Below, in pieces: positions 40,018 through 50,519 of a stretch of DNA of 64,000 nt. The stretch's first letter is position 1; each line of letters begins with the position of its first letter. The DNA is taken from positions 960,001 through 1,024,000 of the forward strand of contig OZ252244.1 in NCBI GenBank assembly GCA_965249575.1, given 5' to 3'. This DNA comes from Gemmatimonadales bacterium (lineage in GTDB: Bacteria > Gemmatimonadota > Gemmatimonadetes > Gemmatimonadales > GWC2-71-9). The notes below the pieces were generated by a model. That model was not told the origin of the DNA. It was given only the letters and a program-made list of their open reading frames with translations, and ran no database searches. The position numbers and the translations under genes were made by a program.

Positions 40018-40033
40018 ATCAAGAACTATTGAT
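40018..40033. promoter_or_regulatory. ArsR-type operator ATCAA-N6-TTGAT
   Basis: ATCAAGAACTATTGAT just upstream of arsR. Confidence 0.7.
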
Positions 40034-40119
40034 TTTACAACCCCGGCTGGCCCCGCGCGGCAAGCGCCGGGCCATTCGCTAGAATGATCATCGTACCACC
40101 ACCACGTGAAGGGCCGCTG

Positions 40120-40608
40120 ATGATCGCGATACGAGTGGCTGGTCCCGCCGATTTAGAGGCCATCTGGCAGATTTTCCGCGCCGTGGTACAGCCGGGAGAT
40201 ACCTACCCCTTGGCCACCGACACGACCCGGGACGAGGCTCGGGCCCTGTGGTTCGCGCCGCCGGCGGCACCGTACGTAGCGGCGGACGCCGAAGGTGCGA
40301 TTGTGGGGACATACGTCATCAAGCCGAATTTGTCCGGCGGCGGCCGGCACGTGGCGAATGCGTCGTTCATGGTCGCTCCTGCTCGGCAGGGTCGGGGGGT
40401 CGGGAGGACGATGGCCGAGCACGCGCTCGAGTCGGCCAGAGAGGCGGGATACCTCGCCATGCAGTTCAACTTCGTGGTGAGCACCAACGCGCGCGCCCTC
40501 GCGCTGTGGGGGGCGCTTGGGTTTACCATCGTCGGCACTTTGCCAAGAGCATTCCGCCATCCGCGGTGCGGCCTCGTTGACGCATACGTGATGTTTCGGG
40601 ACCTGTGA
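40120..40608 (+). CDS. GNAT acetyltransferase
   Basis: HVANASFMV..RQGRGVGR, MQFNFVVSTN. Confidence 0.9.
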   Translation: MIAIRVAGPADLEAIWQIFRAVVQPGDTYPLATDTTRDEARALWFAPPAAPYVAADAEGAIVGTYVIKPNLSGGGRHVANASFMVAPARQGRGVGRTMAEHALESAREAGYLAMQFNFVVSTNARALALWGALGFTIVGTLPRAFRHPRCGLVDAYVMFRDL

Positions 40609-40742
40609 GTGTACGTGGCAACGCCGAGGCGCCTGGCGACGCCGAGGCCCCTGGATGAGATTGGCGGACCGCCGTGAAGCGGATGCGGCTATTAACACGG
40701 TCGGGCCGCCGGCTGTCTCCTTAATACCTGGCAATCGATAAC

Positions 40743-41315
40743 ATGGCCGATATCCGCCACCCCGATTCGGACGCACAACTCGTCGAGCGCACATGCCGCG
40801 GAGATTCGGCGGCCTTCGAGGCGCTCGTCCGGAGGCATTATCGAGCCGCGTGGAGCGTTGCCATGTCAGTACTGGGCAACGGCATGGACGCCGAGGACGT
40901 GTGCCAGAACGCCTTCGTTCGGGCGCTCGAGCGGATTGACGCTTGCGAGCAGCCCGATCGGTTCGCGGGATGGATACTGCAGATCGTCCGGAACCGAGCC
41001 CGCAACTTCCGGGACTATCGGCGGGTGCGGATGGCCGAGCCCTTGGAGACGGCCGTGGTGGCGAGCACGGTAAGCACGGCAGATGACGTCGAGCGCGGGG
41101 AGCTTCGCGATCTCCTCGAAGGCGCGCTGGGAGCGTTGACGCCCGTGCAGCGCGAGGTCGTGTTGTGGCACGACTTCGAGGGATGGAAGCACCGGGAGAT
41201 CGGGGAGGCCCTCGAGATATCCGAGGGGATGTCGCGGCAGCACCTCTTTGCCGCGCGCCGGGCACTGCGCGAGCGGTTGGGCTCGCGGGTCTTGAAGGAG
41301 TACGCGAATGAATGA
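40743..41315 (+). CDS. ECF sigma-70 factor
   Basis: DAEDVCQNAF, FAGWILQIVRN, region-4 HTH. Confidence 0.92.
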   Translation: MADIRHPDSDAQLVERTCRGDSAAFEALVRRHYRAAWSVAMSVLGNGMDAEDVCQNAFVRALERIDACEQPDRFAGWILQIVRNRARNFRDYRRVRMAEPLETAVVASTVSTADDVERGELRDLLEGALGALTPVQREVVLWHDFEGWKHREIGEALEISEGMSRQHLFAARRALRERLGSRVLKEYANE

Positions 41316-41673
41316 CAATCGCATCGACCTGTCGGCGCTCGACCGGACGGCAGACGCCGCACGATTCGACCGGATCGTGGCCCAGATCACGGACGAGGCA
41401 TCCGCCGAGCTTGCGGCACGACGCGCCCGATCCAACGTCATTGGTCAAATCACGCGCTGGACCAAGCCAACACTGGCGGCCGCGGCGAGTTTGGCGGTCA
41501 TTTCGGTGGCCACGCTCACGCAAATCGAGACAACCACCGCGCGGACGGCAGACGAGCCGACGCTCGCCGAAGCGATCGGCGTACCGGCACAGGTCGCCGA
41601 GTGGCTAGGCAACGATGAGAGTCCAACAGCGGATCAATTGCTGGTGGCGCTCGGAGGCGGGGAGGAGCGATGA
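41308..41673 (+). CDS. putative membrane anti-sigma factor
   Basis: Overlaps the sigma gene's stop; single transmembrane helix. Confidence 0.6.
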   Translation: MNDNRIDLSALDRTADAARFDRIVAQITDEASAELAARRARSNVIGQITRWTKPTLAAAASLAVISVATLTQIETTTARTADEPTLAEAIGVPAQVAEWLGNDESPTADQLLVALGGGEER

Positions 41674-42116
41674 AACAGGGAATCGAGGCCCTGGGCCGCG
41701 TGAGACTTCAGGGATTCGCGCTGTTGGCAGTCGCCTTCTTGGCCGGCGGCCTGACCGGCGGGGCAATCGAACGCGTCCGGTCAGCGAGACCGGCCCGGCC
41801 GCACCGCGCCGCCGGGCCGTTGCAGCGCCCAGGCGGGCTTCCCCCGTGGCTCGGCCGGCTCGACCTGAGCGAAACGCAAGAGGAGCGAGTCAGGGCAGTG
41901 CTCGAGCGACGCCGGGTGGGCACCGACTCCGTGTTCAGGAACATCCGATCCCGAATCTCCATCATGGCCGATTCGGTCAACCAGGAAATTCGAAACATTC
42001 TCACACCCGAGCAGCGCAAGCGGCTCGAGCGCGAGGGCCCGCCTGCTCGGTGGGAACGGCGCCGTCGGCCGGATAGGCGGCCTGGCCCCCAAGAGGCAAC
42101 CGGCCCTCCGCCCTGA
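41670..42116 (+). CDS. Spy/CpxP-like periplasmic protein
   Basis: LDLSETQ...ILTPEQ (LTxxQ motifs). Confidence 0.65.
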   Translation: MKQGIEALGRVRLQGFALLAVAFLAGGLTGGAIERVRSARPARPHRAAGPLQRPGGLPPWLGRLDLSETQEERVRAVLERRRVGTDSVFRNIRSRISIMADSVNQEIRNILTPEQRKRLEREGPPARWERRRRPDRRPGPQEATGPPP

Positions 42117-42151
42117 TCGTATTCGCTACTCGCCACGCGCTACTCGACACT

Positions 42152-44083
42152 CTACCGGGTCATCTGCACCCGCACGTGCGAGGGGTACTCGGCCGATCGA
42201 TACACCCGGTGGACCTGCCGCTGGAAATCCGATTCCTCAGCCTGGTAGATATCGACAAAGGTCTGTGGGTTCCTGTCGATCAGGGGAAACCACGTGCTCT
42301 GTACGTGGACCATGATCTTGTGGCCGCGCCGGAACGTGTGGTGCTTGTCCAGTAGATCGAACTCGATGCGGACGACCTCGCCCGGGACAACCGGTTCAGG
42401 GATCGTGAAGCTGTTGCGGAACTTGCTGCGAAAGACGTCGCCGGCCAGCATCATCTGGAATCCGCCCATTCGTACGCCCGCCGGATTGGGGGAGTTGTCC
42501 GGGGCGTCCCCGGGATAGACGTCAATCACCTTCGCAATCCAGTCGGCGTCGGTTCCGGTAGTGGCCACGTAGAGAGAGGCGATGATGGGTCCCGCGATCG
42601 TCACGTCCTCCGTGAGAACATCCGTTTCGTATACCAGCACGTCGGGGCGGCGGGCCGCGAAGCGCTGATCCTCGACGACCCACTCATGCCCCTGACTGGT
42701 CCGGGTCTCCGCCGTGTACGGGACGGGCTTCGAGGGATCGCTCACGAACTCGTCGTACGCGACTGCCGTTGAGTCGCTCGGCGGAACGAACGAGAGCGCG
42801 CCACCGGCATGGAAATACAGGTCGAGCGGTTGGGCTCCGGGCGGCGGCCAGCGGTCGTAGGTCCGCCACGTGTTCGACCCCGTGACGAATACCACGGCCT
42901 CCGGGGAGCGCCAGTCTCCGAGGTTCTTGAGATGGTAGTTGAAGAAGGGCAATTCGACGTTGGTCCTGTAGTACTCGGAGGTAGGCGACCCGAACTGAAT
43001 GTGACCCAAGCGTTCGCCATCGGTTCGCGCCCATCCACCGTGACGCCAGGGACCCACGACGAGCGCACTCTGATTGCCGGGAGTCTCCCGCTCGATCGTG
43101 TAGTAAATACCGAGTGGGCCAAAATAGTCCTCGGCGTCAAACCAGCCCGCCACGTTTAACACGGGGATTGTGACGCTACCGATGTCCTTCAAGACGTTCT
43201 TGCTGCGCCAGTACTCGTCGTACGTGCCATGCGCCACGAAATCGTTCCAGGTTGGCACTTCGCCGTGGAACAGCCTGCTGTTCACGTTCGGGATCGCTCC
43301 CAGATCCAGAAAGAACTGGTAACCATCCGGCGTTCCGAACTTGAAGGGCACGGTTCGGTCCTCAGTGGGTCCGGAACGGACCCGGGCATTCCTCGAGGTC
43401 CACCCGAATGCGTACATCAGGCGAAACGCTCCATTGTGGTGGTAGTCGTCGCCGACGAACTGATCCGCCGGAGCCGCCTGCGGTGACGCCGCCACCAGCG
43501 CGGGATGGGCATCGATCATGGCCATCGCGGTTTGCCACCCGCCGTACGAGATGCCCCACACCCCCACGCGGCCATTGTGCCCCGGGACGTTCCGGATCAA
43601 CCACTCGATGGTGTCGTAGGCATCGCTGCTCTCGTCGACATCTTTGGGCGTCGATTTGTCCGCCTTGTACGGGACGTGATGCTCGAACTCGCCCTCCGAC
43701 CGGAACTTCCCCCGCACATCCTGATACACGAAGATGTACCCTTCCCTGGTAAACGATTCCGACGGACCGAGGGGGAATCGATACTCATCGACTTCGTAGA
43801 ACCGCACACTGTAAGGCGTACGAGTCAGCAGGATGGGATACCCCTGCGAAGCGTCTCTGGGCGAATACACCTGCGTATACAGCTCGACACCGTCCCGCAT
43901 CGGAACCATGTACTCGGCCTTGGCATATTGGGCGCGGACGTCGTGCGCTTCCTGGGCTTCGAGTGCGCCCCGCGGCACCACCGCGACGACCACGATCCCG
44001 GCCGCCATCGTCAGCTCGATCGGCCTCGCTATCCCCATACTGCCCCTCCGGCATCGGGTATTGAGAGACACCACACTCGCCAT
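42152..44083 (-). CDS. CocE/NonD family serine hydrolase
   Basis: QDVRGKFRSEG, GISYGG, GWFDAED, GPWRHG; start uncertain (44083, 44038 or 44008). Confidence 0.9.
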   Translation of the reverse strand: MASVVSLNTRCRRGSMGIARPIELTMAAGIVVVAVVPRGALEAQEAHDVRAQYAKAEYMVPMRDGVELYTQVYSPRDASQGYPILLTRTPYSVRFYEVDEYRFPLGPSESFTREGYIFVYQDVRGKFRSEGEFEHHVPYKADKSTPKDVDESSDAYDTIEWLIRNVPGHNGRVGVWGISYGGWQTAMAMIDAHPALVAASPQAAPADQFVGDDYHHNGAFRLMYAFGWTSRNARVRSGPTEDRTVPFKFGTPDGYQFFLDLGAIPNVNSRLFHGEVPTWNDFVAHGTYDEYWRSKNVLKDIGSVTIPVLNVAGWFDAEDYFGPLGIYYTIERETPGNQSALVVGPWRHGGWARTDGERLGHIQFGSPTSEYYRTNVELPFFNYHLKNLGDWRSPEAVVFVTGSNTWRTYDRWPPPGAQPLDLYFHAGGALSFVPPSDSTAVAYDEFVSDPSKPVPYTAETRTSQGHEWVVEDQRFAARRPDVLVYETDVLTEDVTIAGPIIASLYVATTGTDADWIAKVIDVYPGDAPDNSPNPAGVRMGGFQMMLAGDVFRSKFRNSFTIPEPVVPGEVVRIEFDLLDKHHTFRRGHKIMVHVQSTWFPLIDRNPQTFVDIYQAEESDFQRQVHRVYRSAEYPSHVRVQMTR

Positions 44084-44086
44084 TCG

Positions 44087-44371
44087 CTACTCGCTACTCG
44101 CTACCACCTTCAAAAACCGCCTCGCCAACTGTTCCAGACGCTCGTTGCCCGATTCGATCGCTTCAGCCAAGTACCTCTCGACATGGACTCTGAGTGCCGG
44201 TGTCCCCCATTCGTAGCCCGTGGCCCGCGTGGCGCTCAACGAATCTCCCTCATTCGCGCCCTCGAGCAACGCCCACGCGGCAGCGGCATCGAACGCCGGA
44301 TCGTCCCGATCCGGCAGCGAGTAGCGCCGTTCGGGACCCTCGGCATCTTCCTTCACAAACGCTCTAGACAT
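44087..44371 (-). CDS. small protein with GreA/GreB-like MSRAFVKE N-terminus
   Basis: MSRAFVKED; no Gre C-terminal domain seen. Confidence 0.55.
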   Translation of the reverse strand: MSRAFVKEDAEGPERRYSLPDRDDPAFDAAAAWALLEGANEGDSLSATRATGYEWGTPALRVHVERYLAEAIESGNERLEQLARRFLKVVASSE

Positions 44372-44441
44372 GGAGATATCCGTTGAGTAAATCTCGCATC
44401 CCGTAGCGGCATGGAACAGTCGGCGCTACGGAGGCGCAAGA

Positions 44442-44727
44442 ATGGTGTTCGTCATGGTTCGACACCGAGTCAAGGACGTCGACAACTGGAAAGTAGGCTT
44501 CGACGCCGCCGTGCGCTTCAGGCGTTGGGGCGGCGAGCGGGTTTATTACGTTTCAGCGAGACGAAGACCCCAACGAGGTCATCGCGCTGTTCGAATGGGA
44601 TACTCTCCGGCACGCTCGGGCGTTCTTCACCTCCGACGAGATCCGACAGGCCATGGAGAAGGCGGGCGTAGAGGGCAACCCGGAGATTCTCTACCTGCAC
44701 GACATCGGGTGGAGCCGGCTCGAGTGA
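44442..44727 (+). pseudogene. dimeric alpha/beta-barrel (cyclase-like) protein, frameshift at ~44560
   Basis: VRHRVKDVDNWKVGFD, then DPNEVIALFEWD...RQAMEKAGVEGNPEILYL in another frame. Confidence 0.7.
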
Positions 44728-44736
44728 CGCCGCCGA

Positions 44737-45117
44737 TCACAGTCCCTTGAATCTCGCGCCAAACCACGGCGCACGCCCGAGTACGGGAAGGATCACCCAA
44801 TAGCTCATCAGCCCTCCAGCGTCCCACACGATATCCGCGATCTCAAAGAACCGATACGGCAAGAAGTACTGCACGAGCTCAATCAAGACTCCGTATCCAA
44901 ACAGCGGAAGAGCCTTGTGGAGCCCGTACCGCGTGCTGGGGAACGCGAAGTCGCCGAGCAGCGCGAGGACCAAAAAGGCGACGCCGTGCTCGATTCGGTC
45001 AAACCCGGCCGTCGGGAGGGGGAGCGCGATAGGCACCGTGGCCAGCACCGCGACGAGCCCCAAGGAGGTGCCGAAGAGGACGCGGAAGGCGGTCGTTTGC
45101 GTGTGGGGTTGACTCAC
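44737..45117 (-). CDS. VanZ-like family protein
   Basis: DRIEHGVAF, YGVLIELVQYFLPYR. Confidence 0.8.
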   Translation of the reverse strand: MSQPHTQTTAFRVLFGTSLGLVAVLATVPIALPLPTAGFDRIEHGVAFLVLALLGDFAFPSTRYGLHKALPLFGYGVLIELVQYFLPYRFFEIADIVWDAGGLMSYWVILPVLGRAPWFGARFKGL

Positions 45118-45233
45118 GGGCAGGCCCCATGCGGTTGGGTGGGCAGCGTCTGGATGAAGTCTAACGGTATACCCCGTCCTATCGGGCGCGGCGCCACCAA
45201 ACCGTCGATAGCTAGCAACGGGCTTCCCCGACC

Positions 45234-46361
45234 GTGACCGACGCCGGGACGAAGCGCGTGATCCTGGTCGGCGCAGGGCACGCCCACTTGCACGTCGTTC
45301 GGCACGCACGGGCGTTCGTGCGGCGGGGTATCGAGCTATTGCTCGTCGACCCGGATCGGTTCTGGTACTCGGGACTGGCCACCGGCATGCTCGGTGGCAT
45401 GTACGCTCCGGACGACGACCAGATCAATCCCGAGCAGCTCGCGGCGCGATCCGGAGCGCGATTCGTGCGCGATCGAATGATCGGACTCGATGCGGACGCT
45501 CGCACCGTACGGCTCCGGTCCGGCACGGAGCTGGCGTACGCGGCACTGTCGTTGAATCTCGGCAGCCAGGTGTCGAATCCGGGTTTTCACTTGCCGAGCC
45601 CATCGGTCTGGCCCGTAAAACCGGTGTCGAACTTATGGGGTCTACGCCAGCGTCTCGAGAAGCGGATCGACCGAGACAACCACCGAATCAGGGTCTTGGT
45701 GATCGGTGGCGGAGCAACCGGGTGCGAGGTTGCGGCCAGCATCGACGCTCTCGCTCGGCGCCGGAATGGATCGGTGTCGGTCACGCTCGTCACGAGAGGC
45801 TCCCGGCTCCTACCGGGACATCCTCGAGGCGCGTCCAATACATTGGTCGGGGCGCTCGAGCGCCGCGGAATCGTCGTCTTGCTATCAACCGAAGTGAACC
45901 GAACGGAAAATGGCGAGGCCGTGACGTCGCTCGGAGACCGGATCGCCTGGGACGAAATCGTCCTGGCAACGGGTCTCGAGCCGCCGGCGATCACACAGGC
46001 ACTCGGCCTGCCGGTCGACGACCGCGGTGGGCTCGAGGTGGAGGCGAGCCTGCAATGCCGCGGGCGCGATCGGGTCTTCGGCGCCGGTGATTGCGTTTCC
46101 ATCGACGGACATCGACTGCCAAAGCTCGGCGTTTACGGAGTGCGAGCCGCGCCGGTGCTGCTGCGCAACCTCCTGGCGGTGCTCGACGGCGCACCGCTCA
46201 AATCCTACCGGCCCCAACGACGCGCGCTGATCATTCTGAACCTCGGATGCGGCGAGGGCCTGGCCATCCGCGGCCATCTCTACTGGCGAGGAACCCTGAG
46301 CTTGCGGCTCAAGGACAGGATCGACCTCCGGTTCATGGCAAAGTATCGCGCCGGCGATTGA
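45234..46361 (+). CDS. FAD-dependent pyridine nucleotide-disulphide oxidoreductase (NDH-2-like)
   Basis: LVGAGHAH, IGGGATGCE, VFGAGD, PKLGVYGVR. Confidence 0.85.
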   Translation: MTDAGTKRVILVGAGHAHLHVVRHARAFVRRGIELLLVDPDRFWYSGLATGMLGGMYAPDDDQINPEQLAARSGARFVRDRMIGLDADARTVRLRSGTELAYAALSLNLGSQVSNPGFHLPSPSVWPVKPVSNLWGLRQRLEKRIDRDNHRIRVLVIGGGATGCEVAASIDALARRRNGSVSVTLVTRGSRLLPGHPRGASNTLVGALERRGIVVLLSTEVNRTENGEAVTSLGDRIAWDEIVLATGLEPPAITQALGLPVDDRGGLEVEASLQCRGRDRVFGAGDCVSIDGHRLPKLGVYGVRAAPVLLRNLLAVLDGAPLKSYRPQRRALIILNLGCGEGLAIRGHLYWRGTLSLRLKDRIDLRFMAKYRAGD

Positions 46362-46387
46362 GGCTCGCGCCCGCTATCTTCCTTCAC

Positions 46388-47068
46388 ATGTCGACGCATC
46401 CTACGAGTCGCCGAAACGACGTGGACCGAGTGCAGCGGGTATTCGACGATTGGGCCGGTCGGGGACGGGCGGAGGGTATGGCCTCGGCCCACGAGCCAGC
46501 CGCTCGGGCGGCATTCGATCGTCTCGCGCTCGACGGGGACAGTTGGTACCTGGATATCGGCTGTGGGAACGGATACACCGTGCGGTGGGCCGCCGCGGTC
46601 GCCACCCGCGGACGGGCGATCGGCATCGATCTGTCGCCGGCCATGGTCAAGCGCGCGCGCGACCTGTCAGCAGGGCACTCCAACTCGGAGTTCGTCCAAT
46701 CGGCGTTTCCGCGGCACGACCTGCCGCACGACCGATTCGACAGCGTCTTTTCGATGGAGGCGTTCTACTATTTCCCGGATCTCGACGACGCCCTCCGAGA
46801 GGTCACGCAGCTCCTGAAGCCCGGCGGGCGCTTCGCCTGCGTCGTCGACTACTACGGTGAAAACGAGGCGAGCCACGGGTGGCCCGCCGACCTGGGCGTG
46901 GAGATGACGCTACTCGACGAACCGGGTTGGGGAGCGGCCTTCGCCAAGGCCGGGATGGAGGTGACGGAGCAGGCGCGGCTCAGGCTCTCGCCAGCCGAGG
47001 CGTCCGCCCCATGGAAAGTCACAGAGGGATCGCTGCTCACGGTCGGCCGGCGGCCATTGCAAGACTAA
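46388..47068 (+). CDS. class I SAM-dependent methyltransferase
   Basis: LDIGCGNG, LKPGG. Confidence 0.88.
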   Translation: MSTHPTSRRNDVDRVQRVFDDWAGRGRAEGMASAHEPAARAAFDRLALDGDSWYLDIGCGNGYTVRWAAAVATRGRAIGIDLSPAMVKRARDLSAGHSNSEFVQSAFPRHDLPHDRFDSVFSMEAFYYFPDLDDALREVTQLLKPGGRFACVVDYYGENEASHGWPADLGVEMTLLDEPGWGAAFAKAGMEVTEQARLRLSPAEASAPWKVTEGSLLTVGRRPLQD

Positions 47069-48123
47069 TAGAGACCCGGCACCGACTCGCTCGCACCTAA
47101 CGCCACCTGCTCCACGCCCGCGGCGATGAAACTCCACTGCAACACCATCTGATCCCGCACTGGCATGGGGCGAAGGCCATGCGTCGAGGCGTCCTCCGCG
47201 ATCACGCTGCGATCTTCTCCCGAGTGCAGGCGAGTGCTCCAATCGGCGATTCGTTCCTTCCACGCGCCGGCTACCGGGTCGGGCGGGCCCAGGTCGACGC
47301 CAACACCGGGCGTGAGGAACAGGGGCATCTCCGAGACGAGTGTCAGGGGATCGCCGCCGAGAGACCGAATAGTCTCCATGGAGCTGGGCCGGAACCGGGC
47401 GGCCGTGTCGGGGTCGCCTAGACCTAGGAAGTGATCTCGCATCGCGAGCGAATTCGGCCGAGTCGAGAATCCCCGCCCGAGGCGAAAGAATCCCTTCTCG
47501 CCGCGGCGCTCGACATCGTGGAGCGAGTATCCCATTTCGGCAACGCCAGCCCTACACCGGTCCATCAGCAAGGCGCTGCGCTCCTGCCAGGCTTCATCGA
47601 TGAGAAACCACGGGCCGGCTGCGAACGCCATTCCGTGCAGCGACATATGGAGGGCGAAGCTCCCGCCGGCACTGCGCCACCACGTGCAGGCAGCGACGTT
47701 CTCCGGCCGGGCGCGCGTGTCCGCTTCGTTCCGGGGAAACCCGAACTCGATATCGTCACCGGGAAGCTCCCGGCTAACCGCCCCCAGATACGTCGTGAAA
47801 TCGAATGCGGGATCGTCGTCTCCGTGCCAGGCACGGTTCCGTTCCTCGCCATCGGGATTCACGTGCGGGAGCACCCACCACTCATACGACTGCAACAGCG
47901 GATCACGCTCCGGGAGCGACGTGAGATACCCCGCGAGGTGTCGAAGCAGCCGGGGACCGACCGGCTCGTCGGCGTGGCAGCCTCCGATCAGGCTCACTCG
48001 GCGCGGGCCGCGGCCGAGGCGAAACGCCCTGATGGGGCGTCCCTCGCGCGAGCGGCCGATCTCCTCTCCGTCGCTCCGAAATGCCGCGCGAGTCTCGAGG
48101 ATCGCGTCGATCCGATCTAGCAT
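47065..48123 (-). CDS. M14 zinc carboxypeptidase-like protein
   Basis: IGRSREGR, GCHADE, NPDG, SLHG. Confidence 0.8.
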   Translation of the reverse strand: MLDRIDAILETRAAFRSDGEEIGRSREGRPIRAFRLGRGPRRVSLIGGCHADEPVGPRLLRHLAGYLTSLPERDPLLQSYEWWVLPHVNPDGEERNRAWHGDDDPAFDFTTYLGAVSRELPGDDIEFGFPRNEADTRARPENVAACTWWRSAGGSFALHMSLHGMAFAAGPWFLIDEAWQERSALLMDRCRAGVAEMGYSLHDVERRGEKGFFRLGRGFSTRPNSLAMRDHFLGLGDPDTAARFRPSSMETIRSLGGDPLTLVSEMPLFLTPGVGVDLGPPDPVAGAWKERIADWSTRLHSGEDRSVIAEDASTHGLRPMPVRDQMVLQWSFIAAGVEQVALGASESVPGLY

Positions 48124-48310
48124 TCCATGTCGCTGTGCGCCTCATATGGGTATCGAAAGGTTGCCAACGGGATCGCCGGCTGACAACACCCTCGCGGTCG
48201 CCGCACCCGCGTCTCCAAGGCCCCGATAACAGAATCGCTCCCTTGCTAGGAGCGATTCGTGTAGGGCAGCCGTTGACGACCGAACTCGTGGTACTCGGGA
48301 AGCCCGGCTC

Positions 48311-49230
48311 TCAGTACACCGTCATCCAACCACGCTCGCGGATGAGTGACCCGGTGGCCGAAGCGTTGAGCGCCCGCTCGAGCGCGCAGCTCGAGTAGTT
48401 GATCACCGCGTTACCGAGCACCGTGTTTTGCTCAAGGTCGACGTTCGCGGCGATTACGCCACCGTTGAAGTGGCCGCCGGTGCCCGTAGTCTTCAGTTTT
48501 CCGCGAACGATGACGGGTCCGAAGAACTCGAATCCTCCCTGCACACTCAGATCACCGTCCACGATCAGAACGCCTTGCCCCTGATTGCCGTTGACGCTGA
48601 TGTCCCCGGTGGCATAGAGGATCGGGAAGTACCCACCGCACGTGCTGGACGGATTGAGCGGGTCGCCCCAGTTCTTCATGTTGGCGGTATTGCACGCCCC
48701 GCCGCCGTCGAACGAAGGCTTGACTTGCGTATACGTTCCCGGGCCGAGGATCTTGCTCGCCATGGAGACCAACTCGGCCCATTCCACGTCACCGAACGTC
48801 GTCAAGCTCGAGTCCGTAATGGTCGGATCCGTCTGGATCTTCGGGACGCCGTCCAGGCACGACATGTTGTTACAGCCGTTGAACTGGATCTGTGACGAGT
48901 CGGCCGGCGGCAACCGGAGGCCGGGCATGGAGGGTTGAATCGTGCACCCGCTCCAACCGCTCGGCGGGGCGTCGTGGCCGTTGATGAAAGACGAGCCGCC
49001 GATCCTCACGTCACCACGGGTCTTGAGCGCCGCGTTGATGTTGACCTGCAGGGCATTCAAACGCACCAGCATACCCACCTGTTGGCGCGCGAGGCTGTCG
49101 GCGCTGAAGCCCTGGGCGGATACGAGGAACATCTGGTTGTTGAGCCTGCGCACGGATCCGCGATACCACCCGGCCCCACCGGACAGCGGCGTGTATCCCA
49201 CAGCCACGGACCGGGCGGAGACAGCAATGG
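48311..49230 (-). pseudogene. PilX-like pilus assembly protein, apparently lacking its N-terminus
   Basis: C-terminal GQGVLIVDGDL..FFGPVIVRG; no prepilin/hydrophobic N-terminus before the divergent gene. Confidence 0.5.
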
Positions 49231-49342
49231 CAACCGCCCAAGTTAGAACTTCACCGCCCTGAAATCCAGAGTGCGTCTTGGTAGCCAGCGACCCTTGTGG
49301 GTCCCAGCGCCGCTTTCGAGCTTCGGCACCCGACCCTAACCC

Positions 49343-50017
49343 GTGAGGAACGTGGCCAAACGGAAGGACCCAAGCCCCAAGCGGGACTCGGTTGCGGACG
49401 AGGTCGACCGGCTTTTGAAGAAGCTGCCGTTCGCCGACCCGAGTTCGGATCCCGATGCCCCGGCCTCCAAAACCGCCCAGCGGAACCCACACGGCGGGCC
49501 ACCGAAGCCGTCCGGAGGGTTGCCTGGTAGCACGCGCACGATGCCCGGATCACCAGCGACCTCCCTCCCATCGAGGAGGGAACGACTCGCGGTGTGGGGC
49601 AAACTGTCCATCGGTGTCGTGTTGGGAGTCGCCCTCACGCAGTGGCCCTATGCCCAATCCTGCGGTCTGCCGCTGTTCCTCTACGTGGCCGCTGTCGGCG
49701 CCCTGGCCCTCGCTGGGGGCTGGGCCGGGATATCATCCTGGAACCATCGGCTAGGCGTCGCCCACAGCGTTTCGCTGATCCTGGTGTTCTGGGGAATTGT
49801 GCTCGCAGCCGAGCAGATCTTGCCGCGGGTCGGATACGCCCGCACCGAGGCGACCTGGTCGTGTTCCGGAGCAGACGGCAAGTGGTTTCCCAGCGAGGAG
49901 ATCGTTGACGAGCCAAGCATTCCCGATGCCGCGCCCACTACCCCCTCTGCTCAGCTCGAGGAGCCGGCAGCGGAGCCCGCTGTTCCTCCCTTACCTGAGT
50001 CAGAAGTCGTTCCATGA
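49343..50017 (+). CDS. hypothetical membrane protein
   Basis: EVDRLLKKLP; three transmembrane helices. Confidence 0.65.
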   Translation: MRNVAKRKDPSPKRDSVADEVDRLLKKLPFADPSSDPDAPASKTAQRNPHGGPPKPSGGLPGSTRTMPGSPATSLPSRRERLAVWGKLSIGVVLGVALTQWPYAQSCGLPLFLYVAAVGALALAGGWAGISSWNHRLGVAHSVSLILVFWGIVLAAEQILPRVGYARTEATWSCSGADGKWFPSEEIVDEPSIPDAAPTTPSAQLEEPAAEPAVPPLPESEVVP

Positions 50018-50450
50018 AATCCGTTCTCTCGCCCAGCTCTCTGACCTCCTCCTGTAGTAACTGCAACTCTTCGAGCAACGCGTCCTGATTCGCACTCGCC
50101 GGGCTCACCGCGAGATCGCCAGGATCGTACACCGACCACCTGACGACACGTTTCCCGTCGATGTCGCGAAACTCGGCACCCGCGACCATGCGGATATCGT
50201 ACAGCCACCAGATTCCCAAACCGCCACCGGTCGCGAGCATTATGAGCCCGGTACCGATCTTTCCCGCGTAGAACCGGTGGAGCCCGAACACTCCAAGGGG
50301 AATAGCTAGACACAGGGCCAGGCCGCGAGATCGGTCGGAAATATCGGTGCCGCTCACAGTGGCCCTCCCCAGCGTAGTTGACCGTCGCCCGATACCACTA
50401 CGCTCCAATGCGACCGTAGCCCCATCTTGGGCGCAGCCCTCCCGGGACAT
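49938..50450 (-). CDS. TM2 domain protein
   Basis: LGVFGLHRFYAGKIGTG; start uncertain. Confidence 0.85.
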   Translation of the reverse strand: MSREGCAQDGATVALERSGIGRRSTTLGRATVSGTDISDRSRGLALCLAIPLGVFGLHRFYAGKIGTGLIMLATGGGLGIWWLYDIRMVAGAEFRDIDGKRVVRWSVYDPGDLAVSPASANQDALLEELQLLQEEVRELGERTDFMERLLTQVREEQRAPLPAPRAEQRG

Positions 50451-50519
50451 CGGTGGGCAGGTGTTTCGCAGACTGCGATACGTGTCATCAGGTAATTGGG
50501 ATCTTGGGTCGAAGCTAGC

